Below are positions 10,037-17,666 of a stretch of 64,000 nucleotides of DNA, one piece after another (within the stretch, counting starts at the first letter, position 1; each line of letters begins with the position of its first letter). The stretch is from Clostridia bacterium (lineage in GTDB: Bacteria; Bacillota; Clostridia; Christensenellales; Aristaeellaceae). Below the pieces are notes generated by a model. It saw only the letters and a list, made by a program, of their open reading frames with translations, ran no database searches and was not told the origin of the DNA. Location: positions 3,114-67,113 of the forward strand of contig JAFRBK010000031.1 of NCBI GenBank assembly GCA_017404985.1. The letters are read 5' to 3'. Both the position numbers and the translations under genes were made by a program.

Positions 10037-11797
10037 TTGAACATACGCAAACGCTGCCTCTGCCTTCTCCTGGCGCTGCTGCTTCTGCCGGCCGCCGCGG
10101 GGCTGGCCGCGGAGGAGACATCGCCGGAGATTCGGGTGCGCCTGAGCCGGCTGCATCTGGATACCCGGGCGGACATGGTGCTGCATGGGCCGTACCTGCT
10201 TTCCTGGGAAGGCGGCGAAATGCTCCTGCCGGACAAAAGCGAAGTGTCCGTCCAGGTGAAGGGCGAAAAAATCTATCTGTATGTCTCCGGCCTCACCCTG
10301 CTGCCGGGAAACAGCGTCACCTTCCGGCCCCTGCAGCCGAATCAGCTGGAGGCGGACGGAGCGGAATCCGGCCTGTCCTTCAACCTGGTGGACGGGCTGT
10401 ATCCCGGCGAACTGCGCCTGTCCATGAGCGAAGGCGCACTGCAGCCTGTGCTGACCCTGCCCCTGGAAACCTATCTGCTGGGCGTCGTTCCCTATGAGAT
10501 GAGCGACAGCTTTCCGGAGGAGGCGCTGAAGGCCCAGGCCGTCTGCGCCCGCACCTATGCCATGAGCCGGATGAAACCGAAATCCGCCTGGGATGTCACC
10601 GACACCACCAACGACCAGGTTTTCAAAGGCATTCTGGCCTCCAACACCCACTCCGCCGCGGCGGTTCAGGCCACCGGCGGGCTGGTGCTGACGGAAAAAG
10701 GCCGCCTGATCACCGCCTGGTATTCCGCTTCCAACGGCGGCCAGACGGAGCTGCCTTCCCACGTCTGGAGCGGGGACGCCCCGGCCTGCTATGCCATGGT
10801 GGACGATCCCTATGACCTGGAAAACCCCCAGAGCATGGTCCGCTCCGCCACCATGAGCCGCTCCGGAGAGGATTTGTACCCGGCCTTCCTGGCCCTGATC
10901 CGGGAGGCCGTGTGGCAGGAGCCGGAAATGGGCGGCTTTCTCCATCAGGAGGATGCCTTCCTGGTCACCGGGCTGGAAGCCATGGAACTGGTGTCCCCCC
11001 GCTATAAGGCGCCCAGCCGCCTGATGGAGCAGCTGAAAATCACGGTCTCCGTCTCCGCCCGGAAAATCCTGAAAGAGTCGTCTTCCCCCACTTCTTCAGA
11101 TTTCGACGATGATGAACTGTATCTTTTCTCCACTCCGGATCCGACCCCGGCCACGCAGAAGACTCCAACTCCCACTCCGGAGGCAACGCCCCGCATCAGC
11201 GATTTCATGCCGGCCGGCACTTTCACCGTCACCCTGAACTTGTTCCCGGACGTAATGAACGCCCTGGGCCTGAGCATCGCCGGCGCCGGAAACGAAATCC
11301 TCCGCCTGGCGGAGGACGATGATTCCTTTACCCTGACCTCCGGGCGGTACGGCCACGGGGTCGGGCTGAGCCAGCGCGGCGCCGAATGGATGGCGTCGGA
11401 ATACGGCAAAACCTTCGAGGAGATCCTGGATTTCTATTATCCCGGCGCAAAACTGCAGCAGCAGGCTTCCGCCCTGCCGCCGCTGCCGACGCCGGATCCG
11501 CTGATGGCGGAAGGCCCGGGCCCGCTCCCCACCGCCACGCCCCGTCCCACGCTCATGCCGGTGGACGTTTCCGCCCTGCCGCCGGGCGCCCGGATCGCCT
11601 CCGTGGAGGGCATCGCCGACGACAGTAGCCTGAACCTGCGGGCCGCGCCCTCCGCCGGCTCTGAAATCCTGATGCGCCTGTATAAGCACCAGCTGCTCAT
11701 CGTCCTCGGAGACGCGGGCATCCCCGGCTGGGTCCAGGTGCGGACGGACGCCGCGGAAGGCTATGTCATGGAATCGTTCCTGGAATATATGCCGTAA
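10037..11797 (+). CDS. SpoIID/LytB-domain protein with C-terminal SH3-like domain
   Basis: Signal peptide. Motifs LETYLLGVVPYEM, EALKAQAVCARTYA, GHGVGLSQRGA and ILDFYYPG. Pro/Thr linker, then LNLRAAPS...WVQV...EGYV (SH3b). Confidence 0.88.
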   Translation: MNIRKRCLCLLLALLLLPAAAGLAAEETSPEIRVRLSRLHLDTRADMVLHGPYLLSWEGGEMLLPDKSEVSVQVKGEKIYLYVSGLTLLPGNSVTFRPLQPNQLEADGAESGLSFNLVDGLYPGELRLSMSEGALQPVLTLPLETYLLGVVPYEMSDSFPEEALKAQAVCARTYAMSRMKPKSAWDVTDTTNDQVFKGILASNTHSAAAVQATGGLVLTEKGRLITAWYSASNGGQTELPSHVWSGDAPACYAMVDDPYDLENPQSMVRSATMSRSGEDLYPAFLALIREAVWQEPEMGGFLHQEDAFLVTGLEAMELVSPRYKAPSRLMEQLKITVSVSARKILKESSSPTSSDFDDDELYLFSTPDPTPATQKTPTPTPEATPRISDFMPAGTFTVTLNLFPDVMNALGLSIAGAGNEILRLAEDDDSFTLTSGRYGHGVGLSQRGAEWMASEYGKTFEEILDFYYPGAKLQQQASALPPLPTPDPLMAEGPGPLPTATPRPTLMPVDVSALPPGARIASVEGIADDSSLNLRAAPSAGSEILMRLYKHQLLIVLGDAGIPGWVQVRTDAAEGYVMESFLEYMP

Positions 11798-11806
11798 GCA
11801 GCGAAC

Positions 11807-11857
11807 AAAAAAGGGCGGTTCCTGATGGTCCAGAGGCCATGGGGAACCGTCCTTTTT
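11807..11857. terminator. Bidirectional intrinsic terminator
   Basis: A6-GGGCGGTTCC...GGAACCGTCC-T5 between convergent ORFs. Confidence 0.8.
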
Positions 11858-11879
11858 CATTTCGCTTTTTTCGGGCGTT

Positions 11880-12158
11880 TCAGCCCTTGTGGACAGTAAT
11901 CTCCTTGCAGTAGGTATAGCTGCTGCAGGTGGAGTGGTCTCCGCCGCCCGCGACCTCGTCCAGCTCGTCCGTGTTCAGCGCGGTCAGCTGCTCCGCGGCG
12001 GCGTCACTGGAAGCTTTCACGCTGTCCAGCACGTTTTTCATGTCCTCTTCGCTGACGTCGTGGCCTGTCGCCTGCGCCGCTTCCGCCAGAATCCGCGCAT
12101 GGTTTTCTTCCGCGTTTTCCGTGCTGCTGCAGCCGCCGATGCAGCCGGTACTGTTCAT
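11880..12158 (-). CDS. Nif11-like double-glycine RiPP precursor, probably 5'-truncated
   Basis: Helical leader 'AQATGHDVSEEDM' and 'LNTDELDEVAGG', then a Cys/Ser/Thr core GDHSTCSSYTYCKEITVHKG. No SD before the ATG. Confidence 0.6.
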   Translation of the reverse strand: MNSTGCIGGCSSTENAEENHARILAEAAQATGHDVSEEDMKNVLDSVKASSDAAAEQLTALNTDELDEVAGGGDHSTCSSYTYCKEITVHKG

Positions 12159-12189
12159 TCAGAATATATCGCATTTTTATTCAGATAGA

Positions 12190-12549
12190 TTATTGAATCT
12201 GCCTGCAGATCGCGTCAAAGGATTCCTCGGAAAGGTCGTGTTCAATTTTGCAGGCGTCCTCCCGGGCAATCTCCTCCGGGACGCCGATCTGAATCAGGTA
12301 TTTCGTCAGTGCCTGATGCCGGTCATAGATTTTCCGCGCAATGGCATACCCCTTGTCCGTCAGGGAAATCAGATTGTCCGAGCTCATGCTGATGTATCCG
12401 TTTTCCCTCAGCTTCTTCATGGCGACGCTGACGGAAGGCTTGGAAACGCCCAGCCCTTCCGCAATATCTACGGAGCGGGCATGGCCCTTCCGCTCCAGAA
12501 GCATCAGAATCTGCTCCAGATAATCTTCTGCTGATTCATAAATATTCAT
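12190..12549 (-). CDS. DtxR/MntR-family metal-dependent transcriptional regulator
   Basis: ESAEDYLE, HTH 'SVDIAEGLGVSKPSVS', RH and EDACKIEH. Start moved to 12549. Promoter TTGACG-17-TAGATT at 12575-12603. Confidence 0.92.
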   Translation of the reverse strand: MNIYESAEDYLEQILMLLERKGHARSVDIAEGLGVSKPSVSVAMKKLRENGYISMSSDNLISLTDKGYAIARKIYDRHQALTKYLIQIGVPEEIAREDACKIEHDLSEESFDAICRQIQ

Positions 12550-12744
12550 GATAAACGCCCCTTCCTGTGTCCACAATCTATCAGATTTCAGGCGGTTCGT
12601 CAATACAGGTTTTTGCCTGTTCCCGGCGGAAAACCCCGTGCCGCGTTTCGGCAGATTCCGCCGAAAGGTTGGGGCCGGGAAACCTGTTTCCTGATTTCGG
12701 AACCCATGGTATAATAGGGGCGATTATCCAATTCAGGAAGGAAG

Positions 12745-13191
12745 GTGCTTCTCCCCGTGAAAAAATCAGTTCTTTATCTTTTGCTGGCCCTCTGCATCGC
12801 CGCCGTCGCGGTGTCTGTGGTGTCCATCGTGATCGCCACCCGGCCCGCGGAAAAGCCGGTGGAGGCCAAAACGGACATTCAGTATGTGATGTATCTGGGC
12901 ACGAACGACAAGGATACCGTTGAGCCTGTATTCCCGCCGGAAGAAGCCAAACAGAAAGCCATCGACATCCTGCTGAAGCATTTCGGGGGCTATACGATCC
13001 AGGAAGCCAGCGGCGGCTGGATCGACGGCGAGAAAATCTATACGGAATATACGCTCGTCATCTATCTGAGCGATACGGACATGGAGCATGTGCATGCCGC
13101 GGCGGACGAGCTGCTGGAAACCTTCCATCAGAGTTCTGTCCTGATCCAGTCCAACCAGACCATCACGGAATTCTACAGCGGCAAAAACTGA
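12745..13191 (+). CDS. DUF3574-like membrane-anchored protein
   Basis: N-terminal TM helix and 'YLGTNDKD...GYTIQEASGGW...FHQSSVL' pattern. Extended -10 TGGTATAAT at 12707-12715. The start may be the GTG at 12757. Confidence 0.65.
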   Translation: MLLPVKKSVLYLLLALCIAAVAVSVVSIVIATRPAEKPVEAKTDIQYVMYLGTNDKDTVEPVFPPEEAKQKAIDILLKHFGGYTIQEASGGWIDGEKIYTEYTLVIYLSDTDMEHVHAAADELLETFHQSSVLIQSNQTITEFYSGKN

Positions 13192-13212
13192 TCGAACAGC
13201 ATCGGAGGGCGT

Positions 13213-13917
13213 ATGAAAAAAGCCGTCGGAATCATCGGCGCCATGGATATTGAGGTCGCCTCCCTGAAGGAAGCCGCGCAGATTTCGGAAACCGTCGAAA
13301 TCGCCGGCATGGAATTTTGCGCAGGTACCCTGGGAGGGAAAAACATGGTGCTTGTCAAGTGCGGGGTCGGCAAGGTCAACGCCGGCATCTGCGCGCAGGT
13401 GCTGGCCAGCGTCTTTGGCTGCGCCGCCGTCATCAATACCGGCGTGGCGGGCTCCCTGGACCCACGCCTGGATATCGGTGATATCGTCGTCGCCACAGAC
13501 GCGGTCCAGCACGATATGGACGGGGCCGCCCTGGGCTTTGCGAAGGGTGAAATTCCCTACACCGGGCTCCGCGCGTTTCCGGCGGACCCGGGCCTGCGAA
13601 AGGCCGCGGTCCGGGCGGTTCAGGAGGCGGCCCCCGGCATCCATGTGTTTGAAGGCCGGATCTGCTCGGGGGACCAGTTTATTTCCTCCCGGGAACAGAA
13701 AGATGCCATTCTCGCTGATTTCGGCGGCCTGTGCTGCGAAATGGAAGGCGCCGCCATCGCTCAGGCCTGCTGCCTGAACCGGATTCCTTTCGTGGTCATC
13801 CGCGCCATTTCGGACAAGTCGGACGGAAGTCATTCCGTTGAATACGAAACCTTCGCAACGGAGGCGGCGGCGCACTGCGCGGCCATTGTCCGGCATATGG
13901 TGGAAAACATCCTTTAA
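13213..13917 (+). CDS. mtnN: 5'-methylthioadenosine/S-adenosylhomocysteine nucleosidase
   Basis: GIIGAM, GVGKVNA, INTGVAG, SGDQF, EMEGAAIA and IRAISD. Confidence 0.95.
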   Translation: MKKAVGIIGAMDIEVASLKEAAQISETVEIAGMEFCAGTLGGKNMVLVKCGVGKVNAGICAQVLASVFGCAAVINTGVAGSLDPRLDIGDIVVATDAVQHDMDGAALGFAKGEIPYTGLRAFPADPGLRKAAVRAVQEAAPGIHVFEGRICSGDQFISSREQKDAILADFGGLCCEMEGAAIAQACCLNRIPFVVIRAISDKSDGSHSVEYETFATEAAAHCAAIVRHMVENIL

Positions 13918-14000
13918 AACACACGGAGGTTCTCATGGAAGCAGGCCGGCTGTTCGCCGGCCTGTTTTCCCGCGGTGGACCGAACACCCCTACCGGATTG

Positions 14001-14205
14001 TTACCCTGCAGAAATGGCACCTGACAAATGGTTGGCGCCGTCCTCAAAGGAGTATGCTGCGTTCGGAATCGCATGCCGGACCAGCGCCATGCTGAGTTCG
14101 TCTCCGGCCGTGAGCGGATTGAAGGGTTCCCCGTTCCAGAAGAATGGCCAAAATCATGATGATGATCAGAACCCATTCCGCCCGGCGCACAGATTTTGTC
14201 ATCAT
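14001..14205 (-). pseudogene. Chimeric remnant: signal-peptide head joined out of frame to the tail of an HATPase-like domain
   Basis: Head MMTKSVRRAEWVLIIIMILAIL from 14205 with SD GGAAAGGG. A second frame at 14138-14001 reads WNGEPFNPLTAGDELSMALVRHAIPNAAYSFEDGANHLSGAISAG*. Confidence 0.55.
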
Positions 14206-14368
14206 GCTTCCCTTTCCGGCTGATGATTTCATATGGATTTAATATACCGAAAAAGGCGGATCATTCAAACATGTGAATTTCCGCCGAAATGCCTCCGGTC
14301 CCCGGCAGCCGTTTTGCCCTTTACAGTTTTGCCGTTCTTCAGTATACTTCGAAAAAAAGGGGGAATAA

Positions 14369-16768
14369 ATGATGTCAGGCCGTACAGAGCTATTGTTCAA
14401 TGAGGGGTGGGAATTCGCGCTCACGGACCGCCTGTCCTTTCCGGAGGCCGGAGACGTTTTCCGTCCGGTTCTGCTGCCCCATGACTGGTCCGTGGATTAC
14501 CCGCCGGACCGGGATGCGCCCTCCTGCGGCTCCGGTGGATATGCCCGCACCGGCATCGGCTGGTATCGGAAATCCTTTGACTGGGCTCCATCCCCCCGGG
14601 AGGTGTCCCTGGTCTTCGGCGGCGTGTATATGAACTGCGACCTCTGGCTGAACGGCGCCCGGATCGGCGGGCATGCCTACGGCTATACTTCTTTTGAAGT
14701 CCCGCTGGCGCTCTGGCTGCGGGAAGGGCGGAATGACCTTATGGTCCGGGTGAACAACAGCCAGCAGCCCAACAGCCGCTGGTATTCCGGCAGCGGCATC
14801 ATCCGGAATGTCACCTGGCTGGAGCGGAATCCGGTGCATATTCCCCTGTGGGGCGTTCAGGTCACCGCGCAGCCGGAGGCAGGGGAAGCGGCCTTGCAGA
14901 TCCGTACAGAGATCAGAAACCCGGCGGGCCGGGAGGATCTGATCCTGGAAACGCGCATTCTGGATCCGGAGGGCAGAACCGCGGCCACATGGTCGCAGCC
15001 GGTTCCCGCCGGCCGGACAGCCCTCGTCCAAAGCGGGCGCCTTGCCGGCCCCTCGCTGTGGGAGCCGGAGCATCCTGCGCTGTATACGGCCGAAACGCGG
15101 CTGGCCGCCGGGGAGGAATGCCTGGACCTGTGCCGCACAGTCTTCGGCATCCGTTCCGCGGAGTTTACGGCGGACCGGGGCTTCCTGCTGAACGAAAAAA
15201 AGGTGCTGCTGCGGGGCGTCTGCCTGCATCATGACGGCGGCTGCACCGGCGCCGCCGTGCCGCCGGAAATCTGGCGCCGCAGGCTTGAAAAACTGAAGGA
15301 TATGGGCTGCAACGCCCTGCGCTGCAGCCATAACCCGCCGGATCCGGCCATCCTGGACCTGGCGGATGAAATGGGCTTCCTGGTGATGGATGAAGCTTTC
15401 GATGAATGGCAGGTGCTCAAGGGCAAGGAATTCGGCTCCAACACCCACAGCAGCAGAGGGTATTCCGAATGGTTCGACTCCTGCTGGCAGGACGACGTTG
15501 CCTCCATGGTCCGCCGGGACCGCAACCACCCCTCAGTGATTATGTGGAGCGTGGGAAATGAGATCGGGGAACAGACGGTCGAAGGCGGAGACCGGATCCT
15601 GAAGGAGCTGGCAGGCCTGTGCCACGCGCTGGACCCCAGCCGCCCGGTTACCGCGGCCTGCGACCAGGTCAAAGCGGAGCCCGTCCCGGCGGGCGAAACC
15701 TTCCTGAATGAGGCGGACCTCGTCGGCGTGAATTATGCGGACCGCTGGCGGGACAGAACCGAAACCTTCTTCATGGAAGAAAAGCTGGAGCATCCGGACT
15801 GGAAGCTGCTGGGCACGGAAGATATCGCTGTCAACGGCCGCCGGGGGGATTACCGCCTGGAGACGGAAGAAAGCGTCTGGGGCCGGACGCCCTACTATGC
15901 CCGAATGCTGAAAGCGGAGAAGCTCTGGAAGTTTCTGCGAACCCGGCCCTTTATGATCGGGTCCTTCATGTGGACCGGCATCGATTACCTGGGGGAATGT
16001 TTCTGGCCGGACAAAGGCGCCTCCGCCGGCGTGCTGGATACCTGCGGTTTTGAGAAGGATGGCTTCTGGTTCTACCGTTCCCTGTGGCGGGAGGATGTGC
16101 CGACGCTGTTCGCCGCACCATTTCCCGATCCGGCCGTCTACGGGGAAGGCCGGGTGATTCCGGTAGTTGTATATACCAACGCCTTCTCCGCGGAGCTGTT
16201 TCTCGGCGAAAGGAGCTACGGCGTCAAGGCCTATGAATTCCCCGGCCAGGGAATGACCCGCCATTGGGCGCATTTTGACCGGAAGCAGTGCCCGGTCACC
16301 ACCAACGACCTGCATCTGAGCTGGGATGTGCCCTGTACCGGCGAAACCGTCACTGTGATCGCCTATGATATCGACGGCAAAGAAACCGCCCGCAGGGTGC
16401 TGAAGGCTCCGGGCCTGCCGGCCCGCCTGGCGGCGGAACCGGACCGAAAAACCCTCCCTGCGGACGGAAAAAGTATCGTTCAGATCGAGATCGGCCTTCT
16501 GGATGAAAACGGGGATCCTACCCCTGCCCCGGACCGCCCGGTCACGCTGGCCGTTGAAAACGGCACGCTGCTGGGCATGGATAACGGCAATCCGGCAGAC
16601 CACACCCTGTATGCCTGCGCCGCCCGGAGCACGTTCCGGGGCCGGGCACTGGCCGTCATCCGGGCGGGAAATGCCCCGGGAACCCTGGCCATCCGGTTTG
16701 AATCCCCCGGGCTGCCCGCAGAAACCGTGGTCCTCCCCCTGACGGCTCCGGAGGGAACCGACTCGTAA
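14369..16768 (+). CDS. Glycoside hydrolase family 2 (beta-galactosidase-like)
   Basis: LPHDW, GWYRKSF, SRWYSGSGI, GVCLHHD, RCSHNP, RDRNHPSVIMWSVGNE and WTGIDYLGE. Confidence 0.93.
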   Translation: MMSGRTELLFNEGWEFALTDRLSFPEAGDVFRPVLLPHDWSVDYPPDRDAPSCGSGGYARTGIGWYRKSFDWAPSPREVSLVFGGVYMNCDLWLNGARIGGHAYGYTSFEVPLALWLREGRNDLMVRVNNSQQPNSRWYSGSGIIRNVTWLERNPVHIPLWGVQVTAQPEAGEAALQIRTEIRNPAGREDLILETRILDPEGRTAATWSQPVPAGRTALVQSGRLAGPSLWEPEHPALYTAETRLAAGEECLDLCRTVFGIRSAEFTADRGFLLNEKKVLLRGVCLHHDGGCTGAAVPPEIWRRRLEKLKDMGCNALRCSHNPPDPAILDLADEMGFLVMDEAFDEWQVLKGKEFGSNTHSSRGYSEWFDSCWQDDVASMVRRDRNHPSVIMWSVGNEIGEQTVEGGDRILKELAGLCHALDPSRPVTAACDQVKAEPVPAGETFLNEADLVGVNYADRWRDRTETFFMEEKLEHPDWKLLGTEDIAVNGRRGDYRLETEESVWGRTPYYARMLKAEKLWKFLRTRPFMIGSFMWTGIDYLGECFWPDKGASAGVLDTCGFEKDGFWFYRSLWREDVPTLFAAPFPDPAVYGEGRVIPVVVYTNAFSAELFLGERSYGVKAYEFPGQGMTRHWAHFDRKQCPVTTNDLHLSWDVPCTGETVTVIAYDIDGKETARRVLKAPGLPARLAAEPDRKTLPADGKSIVQIEIGLLDENGDPTPAPDRPVTLAVENGTLLGMDNGNPADHTLYACAARSTFRGRALAVIRAGNAPGTLAIRFESPGLPAETVVLPLTAPEGTDS

Positions 16769-16891
16769 TGCCGGTTTTCATTTTTCCGTGTTCACGATCG
16801 TTCCATGGGTCAGTTCCGCCCAGTTGTACTGGTTCATGTACTCGCCTCAGCAGGTATTAATGGCCCATGGCTTCCCGATCCACCAGATACG

Positions 16892-17125
16892 CTACCTTTT
16901 CGTTTCCTGTCCCGCCTCAGGCACAGGGTCGGGCACAGAGCCAGGCACAGCGTCGGGCGCAGGGGCCTCCTCCGGATCTGCCTCTTCCAGGTTGGTCTTC
17001 TTCATTTCACCGTAGAAGTTCACGATGATCGAGGTAATCAGCGCAACCACGATGATCCCGTAGACGCCCAGGATGACGGACAGGATTCGGCCGATCGTCG
17101 ATACCGCCGTCATATCGCCGAAACC
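16892..17125 (-). pseudogene. 3' remnant of a two-TM potassium channel family gene
   Basis: Starts abruptly at the selectivity-filter GFGD, then GRILSVILGVYGIIVVALITSIIVNFY. The upstream part of the track ORF is the antisense of another gene. Confidence 0.75.
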
Positions 17126-17650
17126 AAGACCTTCAAAAACTGTGTTTCCGCGATCTTTCTGCCGGTGAAACCGGCGGAAGCGCGCAGCATGAGCACGGGC
17201 GAACTGGCCGCCCGGCAGAGAACAGCCATGAAAGCCCAGATGGGCGAGGAAATGGCGAAACTGCTTTCCTCCTCCATCAACCTGATTATCCATCTCGGAA
17301 AGAAACTGCCCGGGCATTTCCTGAAAAACAAGCTCATGGCGATGGGAGAAACCCATCCGCAGGACACGTTCTTCATTGACTATGTCGGAGGCCTGAAAAC
17401 CAACGACTACACCGATCAGATTACGGAGGTGCGGTACCTGAACGCGGACCCCGCTTTCGGAAGCTCCTTCGTGATCATGAACGAAACGGCCGGATATTTC
17501 TATATCAACTTCACCCAGAATTTCAACAGTGACCGGTATTATCTGGCTTTTGCGGCCATCCTGGATAAGCTTGGAATCCCCTGCGAAAAACTGCCCTATG
17601 AATCTTTCCTGAACCCCGAAGTGGAACTGCCGCCGGAGCAGCGGCGATAA
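17126..17650 (+). pseudogene. 3' remnant of a paralogue of the acyltransferase at 22568-23878
   Basis: KTFKNC...DTFFIDYVG...YTDQITEVRYL matches ETFKNC...DTFYIDYIG...YSEQITDVRFL of the intact paralogue. The N-terminal half carrying HxxxDG is absent. Confidence 0.75.
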
Positions 17651-17666
17651 GGCCGCTTTTCATCCG

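Noticed and set aside
11085-11550. Thr-Pro repeats in the SpoIID protein
   Set aside because: Typical flexible linkers in secreted cell-wall proteins, not a DNA-level repeat element.
12620-12665. Hairpin CGGCGGAA...TTCCGCCG near the DtxR-family gene as a Mn riboswitch
   Set aside because: It lies upstream of both predicted divergent promoters, so is probably untranscribed, and I cannot see yybP-ykoY consensus features.
16770-16895. Possible further decayed coding fragment on the minus strand (KVAYLVDREAMGH*...GEYMNQYNWAELTHGTIVNTEK*)
   Set aside because: Protein-like but interrupted and too short to assign without a search.
16805-17650. 281-aa plus ORF and overlapping 154-aa minus ORF (16892-17356) as intact genes
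   Set aside because: Each is half real and half the antisense of the other remnant, so they are annotated as two fragments.
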